The position numbers and the translations under genes were made by a program. Positions 10,786 through 20,864 of a DNA stretch of 64,000 nucleotides are shown piece after piece; within the stretch, counting starts at the first letter, position 1, and every line of letters begins with the position of its first letter. Origin of the DNA: Cyanobacteria bacterium LVE1205-1 (GTDB taxonomy: Bacteria > Cyanobacteriota > Cyanobacteriia > CAIUCS01); assembly GCA_041879355.1 (NCBI GenBank), contig CP089922.1, positions 379,910 to 443,909 on the forward strand. Direction: 5' to 3'. The notes under the pieces are model-generated. The model did not search any database. It was not told the DNA's origin and saw only the letters and a program-made list of their open reading frames with translations.

Positions 10786-11029
10786 TCCTATTATCGATGA
10801 GTTTATCTACGAGTGCATCCCCGTTTTATCGAAAAATTGGGTTTAAACCTCCGTCCTTTCAGCACGGCTTTGTATTAGAGTATTCATAGTCACAGACCCA
10901 CCCAGATTTAAGATACTCCGAAATAAACAACACGGTTGGAATTCCTATAAGAGTTGCGATCAGAAACAGGGGAAGCAGCAAGGGCAATGGAAAGACCACC
11001 CCTGAAAGCAAACAATTATTTTACTTGTG

Positions 11030-11195
11030 TACAAAAAAAGTCGCCATCGGGCATTGGGAGACTTGAAACGGGCATAGAGAGAAGGTAAGACTAGCTTGCC
11101 AGTACATCTCGATCCAGCCTTTTGAGGGAATCTGCGACCAACCTCTCCCTTGGGGTAGAGGATTGGGGAATGCATGGGAATGATTCTCTTTTCCA
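11030..11195 (+). mobile_element. orphan omega-RNA-like / IS605-family right-end fragment without any TnpB coding remnant
   Basis: 11040-11073 (GTCGCCATCGGGCATTGGGAGACTTGAAACGGGC) matches the reverse complement of 4262-4295 at about 27 of 34 positions. The terminal hairpin is CCTCTCCCTTGGGGTAGAGG. It abuts the purD stop codon. Confidence 0.35.
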
Positions 11196-12475
11196 CTATC
11201 TAACTTGGTGACCAATGTCTCGGCGATAATAAATCCCATCAAATTGAATAGTGTCTAGGGCACTGTAAGCCAGACTAAAGGCAGTTTGAAAATTATCCCC
11301 AAGAGCGGTCACCCCGAATACCCGTCCGCCATTGGTGACCAAAACGGGCGGATTAGTGGTGGTGTTTAGGCGGGTGCCAGCATGAAAGATCATGACTCCC
11401 GGTTCTGTTCCCATACCAATGCCTGTTATGAGATTTCCCTTATTATAGTGACCCGGATAGCCTTGGGCTGCTGCTACAACACAGGCTGCAACCCTAGGCT
11501 TCCAGGTAATTGTTTCCTCAGCCAGGGTTCCGTTGACACAAGCTAGCAAAAGCTGATCCAATTGGGTCTCTAAGAGAGGTAAAACCACTTGGGTTTCCGG
11601 ATCCCAAAACGGCAATTAAATTCAATAACCTTTGGTTCTCCATCTGGAGTAATCATCAGCCCAGCATATAAAACCCCACGATAAATAATATCTCGTTGTT
11701 TAAGTTGGGCTATAGCTGGTTCAAGAATATCCTGTTGGATCCGTCTCATTAATTCTGCAGTAACCCATGGTATTGGACCATATACCCCCATTCCACCAGT
11801 ATTCGCTCCAGTATCGTTTTCTCCAATTCGTTTATGGTCTTGAACCGGAATCAAAGGACAAATAGTGGTGCCATCGGTGAGTGCTAACACGGATATCTCC
11901 CGACCCGTGAGATATTCTTCAATGATAAGTCGCTGACCCGCATCCCCAAATTGTCCGTCAAACCCGGCAGCGATCGCCGACTGTGCCTCTTCAACTGTCA
12001 TGGCAACTGTAACACCTTTACCGGCGGCTAATCCATCAACCTTGACTACAATTGGAGTCGTCTGTTGCTCCACATAAGTATAAGCTGATTCAGTATCGGT
12101 AAACGATGCCCACCGTCCGGTGGGAATTCCCGCCTCTTCCATTAATGTTTTTGCCCAAGTTTTGCTCGCCTCAATTTGAGCCCCTAGTTGACTAGGACCG
12201 AATACCAAAACCCCATATTGACTAAAATAATCAGTTATGCCCTTCGCCAAAGGGACTTCCGAACCAACTACTACCAAACGTATGGCGTTGGTGAGGACAA
12301 ACCGATAAAGTCCTTCAAAATCATCAGATAGTAAAGGCACATTACAACACTTTGCAAGCATAGCTGTGCCGCCATTGCCAGGGGCACAAAAAACCCCTGT
12401 AACCCGACTAGATTGCAATAACTTCCAAGCAATGGCATGCTCCCGTCCCCCGTCCCCAACCACTAAAATTTTCAC
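11196..12475 (-). pseudogene. purD: phosphoribosylamine--glycine ligase PurD, one frame break
   Basis: ORF 11570..12475 ends ...KVIEFNCRFG. The next frame reads DPETQVVLPLLETQLDQLLLACVNGTL..., joining ORF 11196..11615. The break is in the run at 11603-11605. Confidence 0.9.
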
Positions 12476-12773
12476 GGTAAATGTATCCTTTCAAGTTAAG
12501 CACCCCGTCAATACCCCCGACCAAGAACCGAGGTCTGCCAAATACACAAACATTTAGTTTGTAACAATTGCTATATCTATGGTTTCTGGCAGTGTATTAT
12601 AGATTACCTGATTAAAGGGTATCCCTATTGAATAAAATAAAAACTCTTCTAACCTATTCCATTAAGACTGTGGAAAGTTAGTTCATATCAGGGTGCAGAA
12701 CTGACCAATTCCATGGCTCACCTTGGTTAAATCCGCTATAGTCTTAATTGTCATTGATTCAGGTGGTTAAACC

Positions 12774-14208
12774 GTGTATTTTGATGATTACGATCCAGGT
12801 GATTTTTACGATGAATTATTTGTTGCAAAAGGGCACCCCCGTCCTGATGCACTCCCCTCATTGAGCGAATTAATACTTTAGGGGAAGGGGAATTATTTCA
12901 ACGGCAGGAAGCGGCTCAAAATGCCTTAAAACGCCTTGGTGCCACCTTTAATGTCTATGGAGATACCCAGGGTTCGGAACGGATTTTCCCCTTTGACATT
13001 ATTCCACGCATTGTTTCGGCTCAGGAATGGGCTTTTTTGCAACTGGGTTTGAAACAACGGATTTATGCCCTTAATTTATTGATTGCTGACCTTTATGATG
13101 GGCAAAAAATCATTAAAGATGGGATATTACCTGAGGAATTGATTGGGTCAGCTAAAAATTTTCTTCCCCCTTGTGTTGGGTTGAAACCTCCCGGGGAATT
13201 TGGACCCATGTGACAGGTACGGATTTAGTCCGAGATCGGGATGGACGATGGTATGTGCTAGAGGATAATATGCGATGTCCGTCCGGGGTTTCCTATGTGT
13301 TGGAAAACCGTCGAGTCATGAAAAGTACGTTTCCTCAGGTATTTAGTCGCGTTGATGTGCAACCTGTGGATGAATATCCTGGGCATCTCCTGGAAACGTT
13401 ACTCAATTTGGCACCTGATCATGTCCCAAGTCCAACCGTGGTGGTACTCACACCGGGTTTATATAACTCTGCCTATTTTGAACATTCCTTTTTGGCACAA
13501 CAAATGGGGGTGGAACTGGTGGAAGGACGGGATTTGGTTGTGGTGGATAATTATGTTCAAATGAGGACTACAAAAGGTTTACAACGGGTTGATGTGATTT
13601 ATCGTCGTATGGATGATGATTTTATTGACCCCCTCGCCTTTCGTCCTGACTCCATGCTGGGTGTACCCGGATTGATGGATGTGTATCGTGCTGGACGGGT
13701 GGCGATCGCCAATGCCCTTGGTACAGGGGTAGCGGATGACAAGGTGGTCTATGCCTATGTACCCCAGATTATTCGTTACTATTTGGGTGAAGAACAAATT
13801 TTGGGTAATGTACCAACCTATCTTTGCTGGAATGACCAGGATCAACAGTATGTGTTGGAAAATTTAGACCAATTAGTAGTTAAAGCTGCCAATGAGTCTG
13901 GTGGTTATGGAATGCTGGTTGGGGTTTCGTCCACCAAGGAACAACGGGAGGATTTTGCCGCACGAATCAGGGCTACCCCCCGCAATTATATTGCCCAACC
14001 CACCCTTTGCCTGTCACGGGTACCAACGATTGTGGACGGTGAGTTTCTTGGCTGTCACGTAGACCTGAGACCTTATATCCTGTATGGCAAAGAAATTTAT
14101 ATCAGCCCGGGGGGGTTAACTCGTGTTGCCCTTCGTCGTGGGTCATTGGTGGTCAATTCGTCCCAAGGTGGAGGAAGTAAAGATACATGGGTGATTGAAT
14201 CCAAGTGA
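12774..14208 (+). pseudogene. circularly permuted type-2 ATP-grasp protein (DUF404/DUF407 family), two frame breaks
   Basis: From GTG 12774 the first frame reads VYFDDYDPGDFYDELFVAKGHPRPDAL. The second reads PLIERINTLGEGELFQRQEAAQNALKRLGATFNVYGDTQGSERIFPFDIIPRIV...CVGLKPP. The third is track ORF 13171..14208 ([25 protein letters not shown]...). The breaks are at 12854-12857 and 13192-13195. Confidence 0.8.
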
Positions 14209-14287
14209 TGAATTGTAATGTATAACCAATTTAGGGATGCAATCCGTCAACTTCTATTTCCCCCTACCCTTTTCCCCATCCTATTCC

Positions 14288-14763
14288 ATGACAACCATTA
14301 TCCTCACCTCTGATCACCTCCAAACTTTAAACCTGGCACCAGTGGAAACGTTAGTATTACCATGGTTGGAAAAAGCAGAGATCGTCAACCATGAACAAAC
14401 CCTGGAATTTACCATTGATTATCCCCGTGACCCCACCGATCCCGTGAATTATCGGAAATCCCTGAAGTACGGTTATGGTTTGTTCGTCTGGATGCTCGTT
14501 ACCCATGGTTTCCGTTTTTACTAAACTGGAAGACTGGGGAACTAGCCCGTTATGTGGCAATGGTGGTTCCCCATCAATTTCATCGCCAAGATGGAATACA
14601 GTTCAACCCGGAGGCGCTGGAACTATTCGTCATGGGTAAACTCTTTATCTTGGCTGATTGGTTTAAGGAAAATGGCATCGAGCAACCAAGCCGTTTACAG
14701 GCGATCGCCCAAATGTTAGGCTATGAAGTTGATAATCATTTCTTTACGTTTCTCACCCTTTAA
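14288..14763 (+). pseudogene. CRR6-like / DUF1817 family protein (NDH-1 assembly related), one frame break
   Basis: The first frame reads MTTIILTSDHLQTLNL...DYPRDPTDP. The next reads RELSEIPEVRLWFVRLDARYPWFPFLLNWKTGELARYVAMVVPHQFHRQDGIQFNPEALELFVMGK... The break is in C-run 14441-14443. Confidence 0.6.
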
Positions 14764-14923
14764 AGCTCCCTAAAATTGAGATACTTTTAGGTTCTATTTT
14801 GATGCAAAAGTTGGTGTTGACGATTCTCCAACTGCCAAAACCTTTTTTATCCCATGGCTAGAGTAATAGGAAAAACAATGTATTCTGCGAAATGATAGTT
14901 GTATATCAAACCCTAGAGTCATC

Positions 14924-15787
14924 ATGAAAACCATTGCGATTTACCACAATAAAGGTGGGGTTGGCAAAACTACTACCGCCGTTAACCTCGCTGCTGGTTT
15001 GCGTAATAAAGGCAAAAAAGTATTACTCATTGACATTGATGCCCAAGCCAACTCCACCTTTGCCACAGGATTGATTAAATTTGAATTTGAAGAAGATGAT
15101 GACCTTAAACACAAAAACGTGTTACAACTCATCAGTTCTGCCGACTTTGACTTCATCCCTGATATTGTCCGTCGTTCCAGCGGGTTTAATCAGCCAGAAA
15201 TTGATGTCATTCCTTCCCATATCACTTTGATTGACCAGCAACAACATCTGACTCGTATTGCTGCCAGTCGGCTACGGTTATTATTCAAGCTGGAAAAAAT
15301 AGAAGATGATTATGATATTGTAATCATCGATGCCCCACCCTCCAGGGACCTCTATGCTGAAATAGCCCTGATTACAGCTGATTATCTTATCATTCCTTCT
15401 GACTTAAAACCCTTTGCCAATCAGGGACTAAATAATGTTAAAAACTTTGTAGCTGAAGTGAATGAATTCCGTTCAAATCTCAAAAAAGAGCCATTAGAAG
15501 TTTTAGGAGTACTTCCGTCTAAGGTGTTAACCAATAATCGATTCTTACAACATATTTTCCCCCGACAACTGGAGACAGTGGAAATCCGCTATTCTTTACC
15601 TGTATTTAAAACGATTATTTATGAAAGAGTCGCCCTATCCAACTGTGTTAATCAAACATCCAATATGGGAGTAAGGGAAATCCCTTCACCAAAATCAATT
15701 TTTGAGTATGAACCCCATGGTGAATCGGTGAGAGAGTTTAGGAATCTTTCCACTGAATTACTGAAGAAAATTGGAGAATCAACATGA
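14924..15787 (+). CDS. ParA/Soj/MinD-family P-loop ATPase
   Basis: Deviant Walker A with signature lysine (NKGGVGKTTT), Walker A' LLIDIDAQANS, and Walker B IVIIDAPPS. The stop overlaps the next start (ATGA at 15784-15787). Confidence 0.85.
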   Translation: MKTIAIYHNKGGVGKTTTAVNLAAGLRNKGKKVLLIDIDAQANSTFATGLIKFEFEEDDDLKHKNVLQLISSADFDFIPDIVRRSSGFNQPEIDVIPSHITLIDQQQHLTRIAASRLRLLFKLEKIEDDYDIVIIDAPPSRDLYAEIALITADYLIIPSDLKPFANQGLNNVKNFVAEVNEFRSNLKKEPLEVLGVLPSKVLTNNRFLQHIFPRQLETVEIRYSLPVFKTIIYERVALSNCVNQTSNMGVREIPSPKSIFEYEPHGESVREFRNLSTELLKKIGEST

Positions 15788-16486
15788 GTGAATACTATTT
15801 AGTTGATGTAAAAAGTATTACTTGTCATGTACCTCGCTCCCAATTTCAAGCAGATGAGTTTGGATATGTTAGCCCAAAGTATACTAACAACCAAGGGGTT
15901 ACTATTGCCACTGCTGTTAAAACAAACAGCTATCAACTCTTTTGAAGTGTTGGCTGGCGATCGCCAATATTATGCAGCAGTCAGAGCAATGGAAATCAAC
16001 CCCCGTGCTGCTGAAATGGTCAATGCGTTTATCATTCCCATGGGCTTAGAAAATGCAGCTCTTGACCAATTTAACCATCTATCCATGGGAGATGCAACCC
16101 CACTCCAATCGTCCACTTCTCCCACAGTCTCATCGGATCTTGAACAACGCCTCATACAATTAGAATCCCTAGTTCAATCCGCATTCATCCAGTTACAAAC
16201 AGCTCAAACATTAAATACCCAACGATTGGAACGTCAAATTATCCAATCCAATTTACCAAAGCCAGATCCCTTAACAATGTTCAATTCTGCACCCATCCCA
16301 GACTTAATTCATCAGTTAACCCAAGCAACTAGGTTAGGTGCCAAAGTCAAGAAAGTGGTAGAAGACTTGGATATCGCTCGCCAACAATCTCCATTCACCT
16401 CTTACTCTGATTTAGTCAATCGAGTGGGGGGCTTAGGAGAGAAGAGTGTGTTGAAAATAATTGATGCATGGATGGGAACTGATTAA
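15784..16486 (+). pseudogene. ParB-N-like domain protein with Q-rich coiled coil and C-terminal helix-hairpin-helix, one frame break near 15860
   Basis: Frame 1 reads MSEYYLVDVKSITCHVPRSQFQADE. The track ORF frame then reads LDMLAQSILTTKGLLLPLLLKQTAINSFEVLAGDRQYYAAVRA (ParB box-like), followed by a Q-rich heptad region and then SYSDLVNRVGGLGEKSVLKIIDAWMGTD (HhH-like). Confidence 0.55.
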
Positions 16487-16876
16487 TCTGAGTTCGGGTT
16501 AAGCTGTTAGCTTCATCAGACCAGTAACTGATTTCACCTTTCATGGACATCCAGACCCCGTAACATGCCCCCGGAAGGCAGACAGTCATTGGCTCTTTAT
16601 TATAGCAATGGCAGACCCAAGCACGAACTGAGACCATGCCACTGGAATCAGAGTACCCTATTTAAAGATCGACCTGGGGAAGACTTTCTACGCCAGACCA
16701 CCGCTATGAGAGTAACGTCAATCTTGCGTAGCATTATACCCCCCGCAGCACTATCTGCATACAAGAAAGTGGCTATAGCTATCAGACGATAATCGGTCTT
16801 CAACTACTTGCTGATTTGCTGAAAAGCCACGGATTGTCTAGAGGCTGTTTGGCACAGCCATAATAATCTAGGTCTA

Positions 16877-17506
16877 CTAAAGCTTTATGTTCCTCAGAAT
16901 CCCCTTCTCTTCAGAACGGGGAGCGTCAAGATTCAGCATTTTTTGCTCAAGTTGAGGCAATAGAGCGGCAAATGCCTGCCCTCGATGGCTGGTTTTAGCT
17001 TTTAGTTGGGGTTCCATTTCAGCAAAGCTTAGCCCATATTCTGCAACCCAAAAAATTGGATCATATCCAAACCCATTTACTCCTCTAGGTTCGGCTAGAA
17101 TTTCACCCCGACATATCCCTTCCGCCTCCAATACTAGTTCACCTGTGGGATTGGCAATAGCAATGGCACATACAAATTGGGCTCCCCGGTTAGGATTGTT
17201 TGCTAATGCTTTTAATAATCGGTCTATCCGTTCAGCATCTGTGGTGCCATAACGGGCTGAAAACACACCAGGGGAACCATCTAAGGCATCAACAGCCAAA
17301 CCAGAATCATCGGCGATCGCCCATTGATGAGTCACCATTGCCACTTGGGATGCCTTAAGACGGGCATTACCGAGGAAGGTGGATTCGGTTTCTTCAATTT
17401 CCAGGTTGGTTGGTTTTAGAGCAAGTTCCAAGGGGAAGTGGGATAAATAGGATTGAATTTCTGCTAATTTACCAAGGTTGCCAGTTGCTACAACTAAAAT
17501 AGTCAT
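16877..17506 (-). CDS. rdgB: RdgB/HAM1-family non-canonical purine NTP pyrophosphatase
   Basis: MTILVVATGNLGKLAEI...ADDSGLAVDALDGSPGVFSARY...FGYDPIF...TSHRGQA. Confidence 0.85.
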   Translation of the reverse strand: MTILVVATGNLGKLAEIQSYLSHFPLELALKPTNLEIEETESTFLGNARLKASQVAMVTHQWAIADDSGLAVDALDGSPGVFSARYGTTDAERIDRLLKALANNPNRGAQFVCAIAIANPTGELVLEAEGICRGEILAEPRGVNGFGYDPIFWVAEYGLSFAEMEPQLKAKTSHRGQAFAALLPQLEQKMLNLDAPRSEEKGILRNIKL

Positions 17507-17685
17507 GGAAAAATAAGTCCTGTGTTAATCAATGCTACTGGATATCATTCGCCTCTATTTAAGGGTAACCCAATGATGTACACCCCACATCTGACAACCC
17601 TGGCGAAAGGATGGTGACCAGTGAAGAGATGAGTAGACGTAAAAGATAAACGGAATTGCACATTGCACTATCCTTTTAATAGCCT

Positions 17686-19431
17686 TTACATCCGTTGAAC
17701 CAGTTGCCAGCCCCGAATTTGACCAAGGTATCGGTAATCTGATACTTGAAGCAATGGCTCTTGTACCCAGGCAAATTCAAGCCGGGGTAAATCTGCTAAA
17801 TGAGTGAACTGTCTGCCTAGTTGAGGAGTATAAAAACTGATTAAGATTAACGATTGGTGAATGTTTGCATCCATCTGTCGGGGACGAATGAGGTTGACTG
17901 GATGATGTTTTAGGTGTACCTGGATGATAGGTTGACTCAGAAAAGACTTTATATCAGGGCTATAATTTCCCCACAATCCCCCAAAGCCAGCCCCCGCCAA
18001 AGCTGACCAGGAACTCACCAACGTTACCACTACCCACCAACCCATCCTATGGCGTTGGGCAACGAGGGGTAGGCTAAGCCATCCCATGGATGCTAGGGTT
18101 ATAACGGTTAGATAAGGTTTTATTTCATCGGGCAGTGGCATGGCACCAGTCCCGGAAAATATCATCAATCCTACAACGAAGCCCCCACAACTTGCGAAAA
18201 ATCCACTGATCCCCCAGACTATCCTCCGTTGAATAGTACGCCCCAGCCACCACAAGGTGAGTCCAGCAAGCATACCCACCCATGGGTAGAGTTGGAGCCC
18301 ATAGTAAGCCGTACGAGTGGAAAATAGGGTTAACTCAGTGAATAGCAGAACCGGATAAGCTACTAATAACAAATAGGTTCGCACAAGTAAATAACGTGCA
18401 AGTAACACCTGTTCCTTTTTATTGGGGATCATTGGGGGGATTAATGGATGTAAACGCTGCTGAGAAAACAACCATCGGAGCAACAACCCTAGTCCTGCCA
18501 ATGCAAATAAACTCCATGGAAAGGCATTAACAGGTATGTTCCAAAAATAGTACCCAATTCCGCCATCTGAATGATAAGACTTGGAACCCAGAAATAACAA
18601 CTTGCCAAATAACTCTGTAACGGGAAGCAATCCATACCGACCCATGCTAAGACCAAGCCAAATCGAACAGGGAATGAAGCCTAACAGCAAGCCAACATAA
18701 ATCCCCCGATTACCCAGATGATAGGGGACAGTTCTTGCCAGTTGTCTCCACCCAAAGGGATTCAGCAAATAGGGTAAGAGAGCGACGAGAGGAAGAATAA
18801 CCATGACACTTTTTAAGAAAAAGCCAATCCCCACCAAAGTGCCCACCCCCACTCCCCACCAGAAGCGACTGCCTTTTCCTTCTTCTGCTTTTAATAAAGC
18901 CCAAATTAGTAATAATTCTATTCCCACTAAGGGGACATCCTGGGTTGCCATCCGACTGTAGTTCAACCATAGGGGGCATACCCCCAGGGCGGCTGAACCA
19001 GTGGCGGCAATAATTCGATGGCTTCCTGCCATTTTTTCTTCTGGCAATATGGATTGGATGGTTATCGAATTAGACGTAATTGCCTGGATGAGGGGAGGGA
19101 ATAATCGTTTACCAATGGAATATGTTAATTGTACCGAGAGTAAACTGGCAACCAAACTAATCAATCTGGCAACACTGTCATTCACACCAAATAGACTATA
19201 TGCCCAACTAATCATCCATTGAAGACCAACGGTGCGGTCATAAACTGGTTCCCCCCACCACTGAGGAGTAATCCAATCTCCCGACTCTACCATCCACCGA
19301 GATTGAAGGGCATACCACCCTTCATCATAAGCCATTAAACTTTGTTCACCATTGGTGGCGAACAACAATATTCCCATCCATCCCAGTAATCCAAGGCGAA
19401 TCAACCAATCTTCCGTTGAAGTTTGTTTCAT
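17686..19431 (-). CDS. glycosyltransferase family 39 (ArnT/PMT-like membrane mannosyl/arabinosyl transferase)
   Basis: Multi-TM protein with YDEGWYALQSRWMVESGDWITPQWWGEPVYDRTVGLQW. I prefer ATG 19431 (MKQTSTEDW), which is preceded by AAGGAG at a good spacing, over the track start at 19563. Confidence 0.7.
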   Translation of the reverse strand: MKQTSTEDWLIRLGLLGWMGILLFATNGEQSLMAYDEGWYALQSRWMVESGDWITPQWWGEPVYDRTVGLQWMISWAYSLFGVNDSVARLISLVASLLSVQLTYSIGKRLFPPLIQAITSNSITIQSILPEEKMAGSHRIIAATGSAALGVCPLWLNYSRMATQDVPLVGIELLLIWALLKAEEGKGSRFWWGVGVGTLVGIGFFLKSVMVILPLVALLPYLLNPFGWRQLARTVPYHLGNRGIYVGLLLGFIPCSIWLGLSMGRYGLLPVTELFGKLLFLGSKSYHSDGGIGYYFWNIPVNAFPWSLFALAGLGLLLRWLFSQQRLHPLIPPMIPNKKEQVLLARYLLVRTYLLLVAYPVLLFTELTLFSTRTAYYGLQLYPWVGMLAGLTLWWLGRTIQRRIVWGISGFFASCGGFVVGLMIFSGTGAMPLPDEIKPYLTVITLASMGWLSLPLVAQRHRMGWWVVVTLVSSWSALAGAGFGGLWGNYSPDIKSFLSQPIIQVHLKHHPVNLIRPRQMDANIHQSLILISFYTPQLGRQFTHLADLPRLEFAWVQEPLLQVSDYRYLGQIRGWQLVQRM

Positions 19432-19633
19432 GCCACTCCTTTTATAAAACCTAATCCCATAGATGAAGATTTTGAGGGTTAATCTAAGTCTTTTCATCCG
19501 TTTCATGTTGGGTTTCAAGTTGATTTTATCTGAATGGGAGGCATGGGAGGCTCCGAGACTCATACCACACTTTGATGGGTTTAGAACATCTCCATTGATA
19601 AATCTGAAGAGGTCTGAGGATGGTTTTGTATCC

Positions 19634-20143
19634 CTACTTAGGCGGCTGAGGACTTAGCTTACATGAGTGGATGCCCTTAGCACAGAATAAACTGACCCCA
19701 AAGGATGAATGAATCATTAACGATTTGAACGGCAGAGTGGAAGGTGAGGGACTTGGCAGAAATATCAATAGAACTTTTTGGAACCCCCAGTGTACCCGTA
19801 AAGTTAATGGGGGAGATGTTAATTGGGTTATCGCCTGACGGAAACCCAAGACAACGAAAATGTTCGCTAAGGTTAAAAAAAACTCTGCTCCACCATGTAA
19901 CCAGTCTACATTGGCTAACTCGTTTCCGTAGACTACTTTAGCAACGATTCCAGCCGGAATCGTCACCGCTACAAATAATAAGGTCATATAGAACCCAATT
20001 AAAGCCAGACGGGGAGTTTGTCCAGATTGGGTTAGAAACCACAAAAAACCAAGGTAGGGGAATAGGGAAAGAGCAAAAAGTAAGTCTTTACTAAAAAATG
20101 ACATATATCCACAATTAGGTTTATTTGCCGAGCTATTGTCCAT
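19634..20143 (-). CDS. DUF3593 family membrane protein
   Basis: MSFFSKDLLFALSLFPYLGFLWFLTQSGQTPRLALIGFYMTLLFVAVTIPAGI. The likely start is Met at 20104. The C-terminal 60 or so residues look like a non-conserved extension. Confidence 0.55.
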   Translation of the reverse strand: MDNSSANKPNCGYMSFFSKDLLFALSLFPYLGFLWFLTQSGQTPRLALIGFYMTLLFVAVTIPAGIVAKVVYGNELANVDWLHGGAEFFLTLANIFVVLGFRQAITQLTSPPLTLRVHWGFQKVLLIFLPSPSPSTLPFKSLMIHSSFGVSLFCAKGIHSCKLSPQPPK

Positions 20144-20441
20144 GGGGATGAAGGCGCGATCGCCAGATCCACCATGCCGCCATCATCAAGGTACAGTTAC
20201 CAATTAAGGTCATCGCAGCTTGTAATGTTACTAACCAATCTAAATCTGAAGCATTATCAAAAAAATGCCAGGTGCAAGCACACATCGCACCAACCAGTGC
20301 GGGTAACATCCCCCAAGATAAGGTATGCCAAGCCGATTGACCACTAAGATTCGCAAATATTCTAACCAGCCAAATGGCAACCAGCCATTCAATGACGCTA
20401 GAGGTATGAATGACCCAAGTAGGAATGGAAAGGATGTGCAT
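20133..20441 (-). CDS. DUF2499 (Ycf49-like) membrane protein
   Basis: MHILSIPTWVIHTSSVIEWLVAIWLV...WGMLPALVGAMCACTWHFFDN. It is paired with a DUF3593 gene, as is usual in cyanobacteria and plastid lineages. Confidence 0.6.
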   Translation of the reverse strand: MHILSIPTWVIHTSSVIEWLVAIWLVRIFANLSGQSAWHTLSWGMLPALVGAMCACTWHFFDNASDLDWLVTLQAAMTLIGNCTLMMAAWWIWRSRLHPHGQ

Positions 20442-20609
20442 GGGAGATATAACAAAAAAGGGTTTTTTATAGCCTAGTTAATTGTATTAATGGACTTCCG
20501 GAGGAGAGAAATGGTTTAGAACGATCCTTTAGGGAACTCAGACTCTCCTTCTCAAAAACGGATATAATGAATTATTATGACAAACTTAGCCTTCTTATTC
20601 CAAGAATGG

Positions 20610-20804
20610 CAGGGTTTAAAATAGTGCAACCGCACACGTTTCTTAACGCACTATATATGGTGTACCTCAATATTGAAAACACTAGTTTAGAAGATATTTA
20701 TTCTCAATAAGCCTTGACTAATGAGAATTTTTGCAATAAAGCGATGAAAATTGGCTCTTATTGATATTTTAAGTTTTGTATACGGTTGTCCCAGGGTTTA
20801 AAAT
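20610..20804. mobile_element. 170-bp TIR element (copy A, inverted relative to copy B at 59919-60092), flanked by the 13-bp direct repeat CAGGGTTTAAAAT
   Basis: The direct repeats are at 20610-20622 and 20792-20804. The ends are GCAACCGCACAC (20626-20637) and a degenerate GTATACGGTTGTCCC (20778-20792). The interior is near-identical to the reverse complement of copy B. Confidence 0.65.
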
Positions 20805-20815
20805 CACTTGTTATT

Positions 20816-20861
20816 GGATAGTAGTGTCTCCTAGACTGAAGACACTACTATCCACCATTTT
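20816..20861 (+). terminator. perfect 13-bp stem-loop followed by T5 (intrinsic-terminator-like, possibly bidirectional)
   Basis: GGATAGTAGTGTC (20816-20828), a 12-nt loop, GACACTACTATCC (20841-20853), then ACCATTTTT. It lies just 3' of the minus-strand DUF805 gene. Confidence 0.5.
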
Positions 20862-20864
20862 TAT

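Noticed and set aside
16560-16720. Motifs reminiscent of a cobalamin riboswitch (GCCACTGG, CTGGGGAAGAC, GCCAGACCACCGC) and of the SRP RNA GGAA loop (CCCCCGGAAGGCAGAC).
   Set aside because: The conserved cores (the B12 box, the GGGAA..GGTG helices and the SRP AGCA/GGAA symmetric loop) are not actually present. There is also no downstream gene in the right orientation on either strand for a riboswitch.
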